This document shows, one piece after another, positions 62,399-64,000 of a stretch of DNA of 64,000 bases. How positions within the stretch are numbered: position 1 is the stretch's first letter; each line of letters opens with the position of its first letter. Under the pieces are notes generated by a model. That model was not told the DNA's origin. It saw only the letters and a program-made list of their open reading frames with translations, and ran no database searches. This DNA is from Felis catus (Eukaryota). The position numbers were made by a program, and so were the translations under genes. The stretch lies in contig NC_058369.1 of the NCBI RefSeq assembly GCF_018350175.1, forward strand, positions 4,838,001 to 4,902,000, read 5' to 3'.

Positions 62399-64000
62399 AG
62401 AAAACCAATGGCAGAGGCATCACCATCCTGGATTTTAGCCTATATTACAAAGCTGTAATCATCAAGACAGTATGGTATTGACACAAAAGCAGACACATAG
62501 ACCAGTGGAATAGAACAGAGAATCCAGAAATTGACGCACAAATGTATGGCCAACTAATCTTCAACAAAGCAGGAAAGAGTATCCAATGGAAAAAAGACAG
62601 TCTCTTTAGCAAATGGTGCTGGGAGAACTGGACAGCAACATGCAGAAGAATGAACCTGGACCACTTTCTTACACCATACACAAAAATAAATTGAAAATGG
62701 ATGAAAGACCTAAATACGAGACAGGAAACCATAAAGATCCTACAGGAGAAAACAGGCAACAACCTCTTTGTCTTCACCCGCAGGAACTTCTTACTTAACA
62801 TGTCTCTGAAGGCAAGGGAAATAAAGGAAAAATGAACTGTTTGGGACCTCATCAGGATAAAAAGTTCCTGCATAACATAAGAAACAATCGACAAAACTAA
62901 AAGGCAACTGACGGACTGGGAGAAGATATTTGTAAATGACACATCAGATAGTGGGTTAGTATCTGAAATCTATAAAGAACTTACCAAACTCAACATCCCC
63001 AAAACAAGTAATCCAGTGAAGAAATGGGCAGAAGACATAAATAGACACTTTTCCAAAGAAGACATACAGATGGCAAACAGACACATGGAAAGGTGCTCAA
63101 CATCGCTCATCATCAGGGAAATACAAATCAAAACCACATTGAGATACCACCTCACATGGGTCAGAGTGGTTAACATTAACAACTTAGGAAACAACAGATG
63201 TTGTAGAGGATGTGAAGAAAGGGGAACCCTCTTGCAGTGTTGGTGGGGATGCAAACTCTGGAAAACAGTGTGGAAATTCCTCAAAAAATTAGAAATAGAA
63301 TTACCCTACCTGAGCAATAGCACTACTAGGAATTTATCTAAAGGATAAAGAGTGCTGATTCATAGGGGCACTTGTACCCCAATGTTTATAGCAGCGCTTT
63401 CAACAATAGCCAAATTATGGAAAGAGCCCAAACACACACACACATACATACAATCGAATACTACTCATCAATGAAAAAGAATGAAATCTTGCCATTTGCA
63501 ACAATGTGGATGGAACTGGAAGGTATTATGCTAAGCAAAATAAGTCAGTCAGAGAAAGACATATATCATATGACTTCATTCATATGTGGAATTTGAGAAA
63601 CTTAACACAAGACCAAAGGGGAAAGGAAGGAAATTAAGATAGAAACAGAGAGGGAGGCAAACCATAATAGACTCTTAAATACAGAGAACAGACTGGGGAT
63701 TTATGGGGGCAGGGCTAGGAGGGGGGAGGAATTGGGTGATGGGCATTGAGGAAGGTACTTTGGGGATGACAACGAGGGATTGTATGTAAGTGATGAATTA
63801 TGGGAATCTATTCCTGAAGCCAAGATTACACTGTATATTAGCTAATTTGACAATAGGGAAAAAAAAGAAGTTACATAAGGCTGGGGGAGAAAACATCTGA
63901 GCATGTGTAAGCCATATCCCATTGGATACTTTTGTCTAGTTTTCCTCTTTGAGAAAGAAAGTCTGTAGGTCACTGGAGCAGAAGGCAGCAAGCCTAGATT

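Larger units (their letters stand above)
58080..63868 (+). mobile_element. Near-full-length decayed carnivore LINE-1 in C3 intron 17, antisense to C3
   Basis: Partial 5' UTR, ORF1 ATG near 58413, ORF2 ATG near 59367. Fragments encode L1 motifs ([53 protein letters not shown]). G-rich 3' UTR and A-tail near 63860. Many stops and frameshifts. Confidence 0.93.

Noticed and set aside
58413..63600. L1 as an active, coding retrotransposon
   Set aside because: ORF1 and ORF2 are broken by many stops and frameshifts and by two SINE insertions; the 5' promoter appears incomplete.

Overview
Mammalian genomic DNA, almost certainly from a felid (many SINEC_Fc-type Can-SINEs and carnivore L1). It matches the CD70-TNFSF14-C3 segment of the TNF-ligand/complement cluster, with all genes on the minus strand. 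The window holds the first 16 codons and promoter of CD70 (left edge), about 25 kb of repeat-rich intergenic DNA, and a complete four-coding-exon TNFSF14/LIGHT (242 aa). It also holds exons 18-41 of a complement C3-type gene encoding an intact 915-aa alpha' chain; exons 1-17 would lie beyond the right edge, past a decayed near-full-length L1. The main finding is that this C3 keeps the GCGEQ thioester but reads PVMSQAMT instead of PVIHQEMI, so the catalytic His1126 is Ser and its partner Glu1128 is Ala. Further changes cluster in the thioester domain and its receptor-binding face. This suggests a functionally diverged, possibly amine-reactive (C4A-like) C3 paralog rather than the canonical C3. 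Secondary observations: a triplicated exon-36 splice acceptor, an exact 21-bp AP-1-containing element on both sides of TNFSF14, and a 32-bp G-rich minisatellite just downstream of C3. All comparisons with human proteins and exon sizes are from memory and should be confirmed by alignment.
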